Shown here: piece after piece, positions 50,431 through 64,000 of the stretch
Layout: the number at the start of each line of letters is the position of its first letter
Position numbering within the stretch: position 1 is the stretch's first letter
Source: the human T2T-CHM13v2.0 reference genome, Homo sapiens
NCBI RefSeq assembly: GCF_009914755.1
Contig: NC_060927.1
Strand: one strand, 5' to 3'
Length of the DNA: 64,000 nucleotides
The notes under the pieces: model-generated
Told to the model about the DNA's origin: nothing
Database searches by the model: none
The model's input: only the letters and a program-made list of their open reading frames with translations
Position numbers and translations under genes: made by a program

Positions 50431-52902
50431 ACCAGAACCCAGTCTGAAATTCTAATCCTGGCCAACTAGGTGCTAGGTCATCTGCCTCCTCAAGTTCTCG
50501 AGGTTTACTCTCCCCATGGTTCACTCTGTATGAGTGATAAGATGGGTAATAAGAGAGTACTCTAAGTGACAATGTGAATAGCAGTAAAAACACTAGACTC
50601 ACACTTAAAATTATTCCTGCAAATACTTGCTTTATCTCATCACCTTTTTTTAACCTTCATAGCACTTGCCACTTTCTGGATTTTTTATTGTTGTTCATTT
50701 GTATCAATGTATTTACTCTTCAGTGCCATCCTGTAAATCTATACAATGTTATTATGCCTGAAATATTTTCTTTAAATATCTATAATAATGAATGACAGAA
50801 AGCCCTTAATGCATGTTTTCCCCATACTCTAAGTATTTCACATTCTCATCCAGTGAGTGTGAGCCAAATGTCCTGAACTTACTCTCCTGAGTTGAGCACG
50901 TTCCCATCATACAGTGTTCTTCTCTGTGACCTCTCTTTATGTCGTTTATTTTGTGTTCTGGCCCAAACTGCCTTCCTAAGGGCATGAGGATGAGGCTACA
51001 AATAAAGGCAGAATATGATGCCAAGTGTTAAAATATAAGTTTTACAGCAACTTGAGAACATGCAAGAGGACACCAGGGTACAAACTGTTAGTGGGTGATT
51101 GGTATTAAGTCCTGGGAGCTGGTGAAGAGCACTACAATTGCACAGCAGCCTGAGAGGATGAACCAAGAACTTGGTTGCTATAGATTTGTCATTAACTGTG
51201 GGCACTTTGAAAAGAACTGCCAAAGGAAGATGCTATGAGGCCCAGAAAGAAAGGCAGCAGGAATCAGTTGGCTAACTATTTGTACTAAGGCATTTCCCTG
51301 GACCAGGGAAGGGTGGTAGCTCCAGCTCCTAGAACAGTTCCTGCCACATAGTAGGTGCTCAATAAAACAGTCTGTGAATAGATAATTGAACAAATGAATA
51401 CATTTTCAAAGTTTCTATTTTTATCCTCTTCTCTCTTCCTTTTCACTAATCCATCTGTCCCTTCATAAGACCCCTAGAGAAGGGAGAATTTTGCAAGCAC
51501 AGAGTCATCGTAATCTTCTCCAAACCACTAATGGACCCTCAGCCATCGTTCAAAGAACAAAATGTGGGAAATAGAAACCCTGACACTGAGATGTTAACAA
51601 TTACAGACGATGCTTATGGAGTCAGTGGTAGACTTGGAAAACGGTGAGTCTACTGTGGTAAGAACAAACATAGGCAGACAGCTATAAATTGCAGTAAACA
51701 AACTCAATAAAGATGAGACATCACTTAAGCATGCTCAGGAGTGTACTTAATACCACATTTCACCTAGGTAGCCTGCTATCACGTAGGTATTATTATTGGC
51801 ATTAAATGTGCTTCTTCTCAACCTTGCCTCCAATCTAAACACCACAATGGGTTTAAAATAATGCAAAAGAATGTTACTCCAATGCCTCCTAAATCCACTC
51901 CAAATAACAAATCCTTTAATACAGACTGCAAGGTAAAATATTGTTCCCCAGCAAGTAAATAATAAAATAACTGTAATCCAGGGTAAAAGCTTTGCTGGCC
52001 TCATAATCTACTTGAAGAAAAAGCATTAAGTGATTGCTCAACACACCAACAAAATGCTGTTACTGACAAGGCACCTTGAGTTGCCATTAACGAGACATAA
52101 TTACCAAGAACTGAAATCAGATTTAGTCATCTCATATCTCCCTCTACCTACGCATTCTACCTATTCTTTTTCAGCTTTCACGAATTGAAAGGGGAAGGGA
52201 GAGGCAACAGCAGACACTAGGACTATTTTGAGAAATAAAAGGATTCAAAAGTTAAGTGCAACTTCCACTAACATAGTAACACATCTCCCAGGAAGCCCAG
52301 GTGACTCAGAAAGTCCTATATGTAGAATATCAATATAGAAACAACTCAGTTTCCATACTTCAAAAGACCTCTTCCTCCAAGTTGAGTTTCGTGCAGATAA
52401 CTGGCTGATATGTTTCAGATGGAAGCAAATCTGAACATTTCCAAACAATCTACAGGAAGAGATAACCAAGTAATATAGTCCATGCAGCAGAGATAAGCAA
52501 CTTTCCAGGGTATAATTCAAATCTCACAAACATCCTTAAGAGCCCCAAGTCTATTAAGATCTGGAGACTGTTAAATAGGCAGGACAAAATATCCCACCAA
52601 CCACCTCTCCAAAAAGCATTGTTCTCCTCGCACTGACACTTGTATTTCCCTCTGGCTTGTTTTTGGAAAACAAATTGAAAAAAAAAACAAAAACAAAAAG
52701 TAAACAGTAGTGCCACATCTGTTCTTGTCTTCCTCACGATGGCAGATCACACACACTACCACCATTCCAAGTGCCTCCTGAGCCCCTTTCCTCGACAGCC
52801 CCATCCTTCCACGTGTCCATAACTAGGCTTCTCAACTGCAAGGGGGAAGTGAGCAGGAAACTTCAAATGGGACCTGAAGAGGAAATAATGATAATAATGT
52901 AA

Positions 52903-53267
<365 letters not shown>

Positions 53268-53763
53268 TCTTTCTGTTTTTAAACAAAACTTCCATTACAA
53301 ACATCGGAGGCTGCAAGGCACAAACTGGGGCAGGAGTATGCACAGTCGCCCAGGATGACAAGTGGCAGGTTTTTTGTTGATGGTGGTGGTGTTCTGAAAC
53401 ACCAAACTTTAAAATGAACTGTTACTTAGAGAATTACTGTAATCGGAGCGGACGTGCTAACGCTTTTTCACCCCGGCACAAAGCACGCCCCTTCTGCCTC
53501 CCTTTCCCAGTCATTCTTCAGGCGTGCGGGAAACCGCGGACAAGCAGAGCACGGGGACCAGCACGATCCTCCTGCCACCACTCCAGTCTCTGCAGGTGCC
53601 AGCATAGAAGAAAACCAGGGCTCTCGCCTCCCTCCCCGCCACTGCGGTGCGGTCCCGGGGTGGAGCCACGGCGCGCCCCATCCTGAGAACCCCACCTGGA
53701 GGGGAGCAGGGACGCAGGAAGGGCACCGTTGGGAGGCATCACTGGGTTCGCTGAAGGCACAAT

Positions 53764-53829
53764 CGCGCGCGCACACACATACACAGACACACATACACAC
53801 ACGCACGCACACACACACACACACACACA
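53764..53829. repeat. (CG)n-(CA)n compound microsatellite next to the OSBPL10 exon-1 donor
   Basis: cgcgcgcgcacacacatacacagacacacatacacacacgcacgcacacac... Confidence 0.95.
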
Positions 53830-53864
53830 GCGGCGCGCGGTGGCGCGGGCGGCTGGCGCGTTAC

Positions 53865-54145
53865 CTGTTCTGCCAGCCCTGGAGGAGGTTGGTGTATTTG
53901 CTGAGCACGCCCTCGAGCGCCGGCTCCCTCCTGCGGCCGCCTCCCCCGGACGGGCTAGCGGCCACAGAGCCCGGGCTGCTGCGGCTTCCCCCGCCGCCGA
54001 GCCCGGCCGCCGCCGACCGGCTGGAGACCCCCCGGCCCGCCAGAGAGCAGGAGGGCGAGGAGCCCGCCGAGGTAGCACGGCTGCTGCTGCGGCTGCTGCT
54101 GTTGCTACCCCCGCCGCCGTCTGTGCCCTGGACTGCCCTCTCCAT
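53865..54145 (-). CDS. OSBPL10: OSBPL10 (oxysterol-binding protein-related protein 10) first coding exon: Gly/Ser-rich N-terminus plus start of the PH domain
   Basis: Translates [22 protein letters not shown]...[39 protein letters not shown] is the ORP-family PH-domain first strand, and the N-terminus matches ORP10 as I recall it. Strong Kozak (gaccATGG). Ends at donor AG|GTAACG after 281 nt (phase 2); the ORF-track stop is simply the TAA inside the donor. Confidence 0.95.
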
Positions 54146-54719
54146 GGTCCGTGGGCGCCCGGGACGCGGGTGCCCGCCGCGGTGGCGGCCCCGGCACGGC
54201 GGCTGCTGCTGCTGCTACAGCTCCGGACGCCCGGGCCGCGCGTGCCTGCTCCAAATCCCCGGGAAATGCCTGACTCATACAGGAGGAAGAGGAGGAGGAG
54301 GCGAAGGAGAGCTGGGAAGGAAGCCAACGGGGCTGGATGCAGCTGCGGCCGCCCCTCCTCCCGCCGCGGCCAGGGCCCGGCCCCTCCCTCCGCACTAGTT
54401 TCCCGGGCAAGTTCGGAGCGGGTGGCCGGCTAGGCGAGCCCTCTTCGGGTTCCTCCTTCTCTTCCTTCGTGTCCCTGCGGCCTCTCAGGCCCTCGGGACA
54501 CTCTAGGAGGCCGATCTGCAGGGTGGGCACGCCCTAAATCCACGCCAAGTCACCCACGCATTCCTTCTGCCACCCTCTCTTGGATCCGAAGGGGCGAAAG
54601 GGAATCTCTGCACGTCACTCCCCACCCCTTATCCACCTCGGGACCTGGAGGGAGGGGCAGCCCCACCCACCCGGTCCACCCGGATATGGACCCGCCCGGC
54701 CTGACAGGCTCACACGCAC

Positions 54720-54868
54720 ACTCCCTCTCTCGGTCTTCCGCACACGATGCTGCGCCAGACGCTCCTACACAGTAACCTGGAAATTATCACCGGCGGAGCA
54801 AAGTCACAGCTCAGGGAGGCCCTCCGCGTTGTCTGGCGGAGGAGGGGAGTGGCAGGTGATCCTCACAG
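54720..54868 (+). other. ZNF860: Probable non-coding exon 1 of ZNF860 (TSS approximate)
   Basis: Near-consensus donor CAG|GTAAGC at 54868/54869 at the distal edge of the CpG island; the start coordinate is an estimate. Confidence 0.65.
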
Positions 54869-55789
54869 GTAAGCTCGCCGGGCATTTTCATGCAGCAGGA
54901 TTATGATAAATGCTTAACAGACACACGGCTGGGCTGGGGTGAGGCGCGCGAACTCTCAGGTTTGTGCGAGTGCTTCCTTAAATTGAGTGTCCTAGGTCAC
55001 TCACTGGCCTAACCCTAATCCCCTGCCCTGAATGGCACGCATAAACCTGGCAAGTCAAAACCTATCCATTGCTACCACACTGCACGTGCACCTAGGAGCA
55101 GAGGCTCTGAAACCGGGAAAACTGCTCCAGAGGCAAGGGAAATTAACAGATATTTACAAACATTGAAGGATTCTCTGTGTTGGCTGTAACTTCTGCGCCC
55201 CTCTTCCTACCTAAAGATACTCTTTCTATCCCACTAATATTTTTTGTGAATATAGATATCCATTGTAATCTGAAGTATCAAAAATTACCTAGAAAAAAGC
55301 TTTGAGGAACTCAGACTCTCTCTCTCACACACACACAGACAAAACAAAAGGTGATAGATGATAGGTGATCTCCGTCCAAAGGATCTACAAACCCATCAAG
55401 CAGATAAATACTTCAAGAGTTAAAAAAAATTACTAAATGGAAAAGTCAGCTCTCAAAGGGACAGTTCCCCGAGCCCAACCCCTTTCTAGCTTCACATCCT
55501 TCCAGGAAGATTTCATGGGTGGTTTAGCTCTAGAGATGCACGGAGAAGCTTCTGGAGTTGAAGAGAAGTGGTTGTGCCCCTGAGTAAATTACAATTCCAG
55601 GTGCCTACATAGTGTTAAAAAAAAAAAAATCTGAAAAGAGCTTGCCTGGACCAAATTTGAAGCCATTCAGAGCTGAATTCTAACCTATGACCTTGATCAA
55701 ATTACCTCTTTTAGCCTTAGTTTTCTCACTGCAAAATGGGACAAATGATACCGGCTGTAATAAACTATGCAAGAATGTTCATTTGTTCA

Positions 55790-56155
55790 AAATATTTACT
55801 GCCGCTTCCTATGGAAAGAGTATCCTTCCTCCACATGGACCTTAGGCTTGGCCATGGAATTGCTTTGAGCAATGGAATGTGAACAGAAGTAATGAATGCC
55901 CCTTCCAAACATAAGCTTTAAGAGCAGTCATATGGTTCCACCATCTTTCTCTTTTCCTTATCCCAGGAGAGCAGCATGTCCCGGATAAGGACTCTCCTTA
56001 AGCTTGTGTCCTGGAGTGAGAAGGTGTGGAATACAGCAGATCCTAAGCCAGTTAGTGTTGGCCATGTAACATGCACAAAATGTTTGTTTGAAGCCATTGA
56101 GATTTTAGCATTATTTTTTACCACAGCATAGCTTTGCCTAAGCTAACTTACTGAT
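55790..56155 (+). mobile_element. Old MLT1 (MLT1J-like) LTR
   Basis: ggcttggccatg...ttgctttg..caatggaatgtgaacagaagt; ends aagccattgagatttt...ttaccacagcatagc. Confidence 0.65.
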
Positions 56156-56830
56156 CATATATGAGTGTTCATTGAGTCCTGCATTGACATACAGACTGAA
56201 GGTGGGAAGGTAGGTGCATACTGGACTATAAATGTCAGCATTATGTACCAAAACAACATGCCTTTTATTGGAGACTGCCACCTTAAGCTCCTGCTAAAAG
56301 AGGAGAAGTGTCATTTTATTTCATATTACCTAACCTATGCCACCATTACTCCACCTTATGCAGCCAACCTAAGACTGAATGAGCTAGCACAACAAATTCT
56401 CACCTTGGACTAAAAAATTAGACCCTTGAGATAGACCAGTTCAAGTGGGGAAGGAACTAAGCTAAAAGGAATAGTCAAGGCCAGGATGGGGCAGGAGCAA
56501 GCCAGCCGTATGGGATCAAAAATGTCCAAGAGGTGAGTGGAGCAGATGTGCTGAAAGTAGAGGCTATATCATGAAAGAGTGATGAAGCACATGCTGTTCC
56601 TCCTGCTGGTGACACTGTTCCCTGCTCTCTTCACCCGGTTTGTGTTTCTCACCCATGGAGTTATGGATTACAAGTCACTTCTTCCAGAAAGCTTTCCTTG
56701 ACCTACCGTAGTATAGCAAATAGGGAAAAGGTACCTGCAGAATTATGTTTGGAGAGGAAAAAGTCTTTATGTTTGAAAAACAATTTGGAAAATACATAAT
56801 AAGTTGGCAAAAAGTATTTGAAATACATAC

Positions 56831-57900
56831 TGTAATGCCCAACAGTTTCATCTTGCTTGTTACCCGGAAAAGCCAATGCAGGTTTTTGCAATAGAGGAAG
56901 AGTTTAACAATTGTAGGGCCAGCCAAGCTGGAGCACAGGAGTGTATTATTACTCAAATCAATCTCCCTGAAAATTCAGAGCCTAAGGGGTTTTTTTTGTT
57001 TTTGTTTTTGTTTTTGTTTTGAGACTGGAGTCTCGCTCTGTCACCCAGGCTGGAGTGTAGTGGCACGACCTCAGCTCACTGCAAGCCCTGCCTCCCGGGT
57101 TCACGTCATTCTCCTGCCTCACAGCTTCCCCAGTAGCTGGGACTACAGGCACCTGCCACCATGCCCAGCTAATTTTTTTGTATTTTTAGTAGAGATGGGA
57201 TTTCACTGTGTTCACCAGGATGGTCTCGATCTCGTGACCTCGTGATCCGCCCACCTCGGCCTCCCAAAGTGCTGGGATTACAGGCGTGAGCCACCGTACC
57301 GGGCCCACCTAAGGTTTTTTTTTTTTTAAGGATAGTTTGGTGGGCAGAGGGCTAAGGATGGGGAAGCTGATAGATTGGGTGAGGGATGAAATTATAGAGA
57401 GTCGAAGTTTGTCTTCTTGCACTGAGTCAGTTCCTGAGTAAGGGCCACAGGACCTGATGAGCCAGTTTACCAGACTGGGTGGTGGCAACTGGTCCGTCAG
57501 AATGCAGGGTATGAAAAACACCTCAAACACAAATCTTAAGTTTTACAATAGTGGTGTTATCTATAGGAGTGATGGGGAGGTTAGAAATCTTGTGACCTCT
57601 GGAAAAATGGCAGATTATCATTTAACTATGCCTTTATCTTAGCAAAGTTCAGACCTCTCTTAAGCCTGTGGCCTTTCATTAGTTTTACAAAGGTAGTTTG
57701 GTGTTCAAACAAGGAGGGAATAGTTTTGGAAAGGGATATTACAATCCTTGCTTTAGGGTTAGACTATGAACTAAATTCCTCCCAAAGTTAGCTGTGGCCT
57801 GTGCCCGGGAATGAACAAGGACAGCTTACAGGTTAGAAGCAAGATGGAATCAGCTATGTCGAATTTTTTTTACTGTCATAATTTTGCAAAGGCACTTTCG
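56831..57900 (-). mobile_element. LTR8-family (ERV1) solo LTR, interrupted by an AluY
   Basis: Minus strand begins cgaaagtgcctttgcaaaattatgac...ccatcttgcttctaacct...gctgtccttgttcattcc (LTR8 5' end) and ends gggcattaca. Confidence 0.8.
56990..57305 (-). mobile_element. AluY nested in LTR8
   Basis: AluY diagnostics (ctgcaagc, ttcacg.cattc, ggatggtctcgatctc); cctaagg is duplicated on both sides. Confidence 0.9.
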
Positions 57901-57909
57901 GTATGATTA

Positions 57910-58248
<339 letters not shown>

Positions 58249-58734
58249 TCAATATAAGGACCATTTCCTTAATTTACCCAGATTGCATAAATCACTTAGA
58301 AAAAATTTTAAACGTAAATAGAATGACTGGAAATCTGACAGCCATCACAGACCATGTAAAGATTTTGGGAATGAAGCTATGCATGATTGGAGCAATAAGA
58401 TAAACACATTATACCTCTTGAAATAATGGACAGAATCAGTAGTTCCTAGTAGGGAGCTGACTACCCCATCTTCTTCTCCACATGGACCTGGAGGGCTGGT
58501 CTGGAGTTTCTAGTAGTTGTTTCTGAGGCTCCCTCCTCTAGTTAGAAAGCCTTAGGAGGATGTTCATGGACCAGCAAGTAAGTGAGTGGACATTGACTTC
58601 ATTGGCCAGATGACAGGAATGAAGCTTGGCCACGAATAGAGAGAAAATTATCACAACCAGATCACTCTCTGATATCAACTTGGTCATGTCTGTGTTAGAA
58701 ACATGTGGTCTGATGTGTTGTACGTCCCAAATAA

Positions 58735-58990
58735 TAATAACAATAATAGCTAATGTATATTGAGCACTATGTGCTAGACTCTGCTTTAAGTGTTTTACAC
58801 ATAATAACTCATTAAATCCTCACAACAACCACATGAGGAGATCTACAGTTCTTACTCCCATTTTACAGGCAGAGGAAACTGAATTGAAGAGAGGTTCAGC
58901 AACATCCCCCAAATTCTGGTGGAGCCAGGATTTCAACTTAGGCAATTTGGCTACTGAGCGTGAGTTCTTAGCCACCGTATTATACCACTT
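58735..58990 (-). mobile_element. MIR
   Basis: aataatagctaa...tattgagcact...aatcctcacaacaacc...cccattttacaggcagaggaaactga. Confidence 0.8.
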
Positions 58991-59431
58991 GCTTTGCAAT
59001 GAATCCAGTTTCATTTCCTCTACTTAATGAAACTGCAGAAAGCACAGCTCAGTGCCTGGAATTCCATTTCCTGTTATATTTTTATGCATTTAGGAATTGA
59101 TCCTCTCATTACCACTCTGAGAGAAGCAGTACAGGTGTTTGGGCCTCTAGCACCCAGCCACAGGGCCTGAACACAATCATACTCAATACATGTTTATTGC
59201 ATGATAAATGAAGCCTAATTTTACTGAGGAAGAAACAGAAACTCAAAGAGGAGGAGTTGATTCTGAACCAAGGCCTTCTGACTCCAAGTCCAGTGTTCTT
59301 GCTGCCTGAACTTCAGCTGTGACGTGTACATGCAACCTTACCATCCAGTGGGAAGAAGAAAATACCAGAATTAAGGTATGGACAGTCCACTATCCAGTGA
59401 ATAAACAGCTCCATTAAGATTACCCTGAGAG

Positions 59432-59563
59432 GGCCAGGCGCGGTGGCTCACGCCTAATCCCAGCACTTTGGGAGGCTGAGGCGGGCAGATCACGAGGTCA
59501 GGAGATCGAGACCATCCTGGCTAACACAGTGAAACCCTGTCTCTACTAAAAATACAAAAAAAA
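59432..59563 (+). mobile_element. AluY left arm only
   Basis: AluY diagnostics; ends at the mid A-rich linker. Confidence 0.88.
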
Positions 59564-59678
59564 GTTTATATTTTTTTATACGAAAAAATACAAATATACA
59601 AATAAAATAGGCGCCTGGCCTATTTATTATTATTTTATTAAATAGATGCTCACTTTCAAAGATTTGCACACAAAATTA

Positions 59679-60011
<333 letters not shown>

Positions 60012-60914
60012 CTAATAATTTATAAATATATATGTGTATATATACTTTTATATATGTATGTCCATATATATGTATGTGTATACACACACACACACACACA
60101 TATATATACATCTCCTTCCCTTCGTCCAGACACTCTTCTATCTGCATAGTTGTATATCATTTTATTCAAAAACAGGTTCATACTATAAAACATATAATAC
60201 TTTCTAATTTACCTTGTTCACTGAAGAATATAGTATAGACAATTTCCTTTAGAGCTATATTATCCTTTGTAACAGTTTCAGAGTATTCCACTGTCTATAT
60301 GCACCCTAATTTAATCATTCCACTACTGATGAACACTCATATTTCAAGCTTTTGCTATTGTGAGAAATGTTCTTTAAATAACCTTTTACATTAGTTTAAT
60401 TATTTCCTTAGAATAAGATCCAATGACTGGGTCAGGCTGCATACACTTATAAATGTGGCTCATGTACTACAGAATTAACCCCCGGAAAGTCTGAACCAAT
60501 GTTTACTATGCTGGTTCTGGCTAGATCTAACATGTCAGACCATTGGCTGGATGGACTAGGCTGGCCATGTTTGAGCTGGGCTCTCTAATCCACAGGGTCT
60601 CTCATCCTCTAGCAGGCCAGCCCAGGCTTGTTTTCATGGCATGGGGAGGGTTCCAAAGAGAGGAAGCCGGAAGGACCTCCTGAAGCCTAGTCTGGGAACT
60701 GGTATAATGTCACTTTGCCACATTTCAACTAACAGTGCTAGAAGACTGGGACATTTATAAGCAAAAAATTGAAAGACCTATACTTCACACTTTATGCAAA
60801 AGTCACCTCCAAGTGGATCAGAAACCAAAATGTGAAATGTAAAACCATTAGATTTTCAGGGGAAAACATAGGAAAAAATACTTATGAACTTGGGTTAGGA
60901 AAATGGAGCAAACA

Positions 60915-61397
60915 CATATTGCCTTTTGTGATAAGGGAAGGATGATTAAGAGGGCAAAACCAAGGGTTCAGACAGGGAAGCCAAGAACCCCAGAGAAGTA
61001 TTCCCAGGCCTTGAGACCTAATCACGGAAATTGCAACATTTGCCCAACTGGCTTTCAAAATTGCCTTGGACCACTGATCGCTTTGCACCTCCTGTTTCCG
61101 CCTCTTTGAACAAGAATATCTGGAGCAATTATCCTGTGTCTGCTTCACCATTGTGTTTTGAGTGTGAAGGGGCAGATAACCAGTCTCTTTAGTTTCACAG
61201 ATCAGAGGAACGGCACTTACGGAGCTAAACTTACTAACCTGAGGAGCCTCTCCTACCTAGACCTGACTTAGATGGTGAGATTGTGGACTTGAAGCTAGTG
61301 CAGTAATGGGATGAGACACTGGGGGCCACTGAGGAGTAGGATGAGTGTGTTGTACATGTGGGAGGAATATAAAAAAATTTGTGGCCAGAGGGTAGAC
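60915..61397 (+). mobile_element. MLT1 internal sequence (3' end)
   Basis: MaLR-int-like motifs (caccattgtgttttg...cagataac...tttcacag; atgggatgagac) running directly into the LTR. Confidence 0.65.
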
Positions 61398-61625
61398 TGT
61401 AGTGATTTCAAAGCTATGCCTATAGATTCCTCTCCTTTAGAGGTGAAACTTAATTCCTCCCCTCTTGAGTGTGGGATGAATTTAGTGACTCACTTCTAAT
61501 GAATACAATATGGCAGAAGTCATGGTATATCATGTCCAAGATCAGCTTATAAACAGGGGAGTGTTCACTCTCGCTCTCTCTCTCTCTTTCTCTCTCCCCC
61601 TGTCTTTCTCTCTCTCTATCATCAG

Positions 61626-63944
<2,319 letters not shown>

Positions 63945-64000
63945 AGGTCACTCCTTGCAAAACATCAGAAAATTCATTCCTGAGATAATTGTTCCAAATG

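Larger units (their letters stand above)
53430..54960. promoter_or_regulatory. CpG island / bidirectional promoter shared by OSBPL10 (-) and ZNF860 (+)
   Basis: Abrupt rise in GC and CpG density, GC-box-like motifs, contains the OSBPL10 ATG on minus and a strong plus-strand splice donor at 54868. Confidence 0.88.

Noticed and set aside
53454-54433. Long plus-strand ORFs (314 aa, 234 aa) and a 269-aa minus-strand ORF over the CpG island
   Set aside because: Non-ATG starts, low-complexity translations (HTHT from the CA repeat, poly-Ala/Pro/Arg); expected from stop-codon scarcity in GC-rich DNA overlapping the real exon.

Overview
Primate (almost certainly human) genomic DNA, very rich in Alu, L1, L2, MIR and MaLR repeats. 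About 53.9 kb (1-53864) is the first intron of OSBPL10 (minus strand). The first coding exon of OSBPL10 (53865-54145) lies in a CpG island at about 53430-54960. The same island appears to drive, head-to-head, a short non-coding first exon (donor at 54868) spliced to an intronless KRAB-C2H2 zinc-finger retrogene, ZNF860 (CDS 62046-63944, 632 aa). I see no prokaryotic-type system, CRISPR array or RNA gene, and nothing I can call a wholly new system. The most interesting material is how ZNF860 was assembled from borrowed parts: a shared CpG-island promoter, a splice acceptor made by a (TC)n tract inside an MLT1 LTR, a disabled LTR poly(A) signal and a uORF-rich leader. Also notable are finger duplications that differ at base-contacting codons, an overlapping uORF on OSBPL10, and several non-canonical Alu structures. 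Gene names and repeat subfamilies are recognised from memory, not from a search, and repeat boundaries are approximate.
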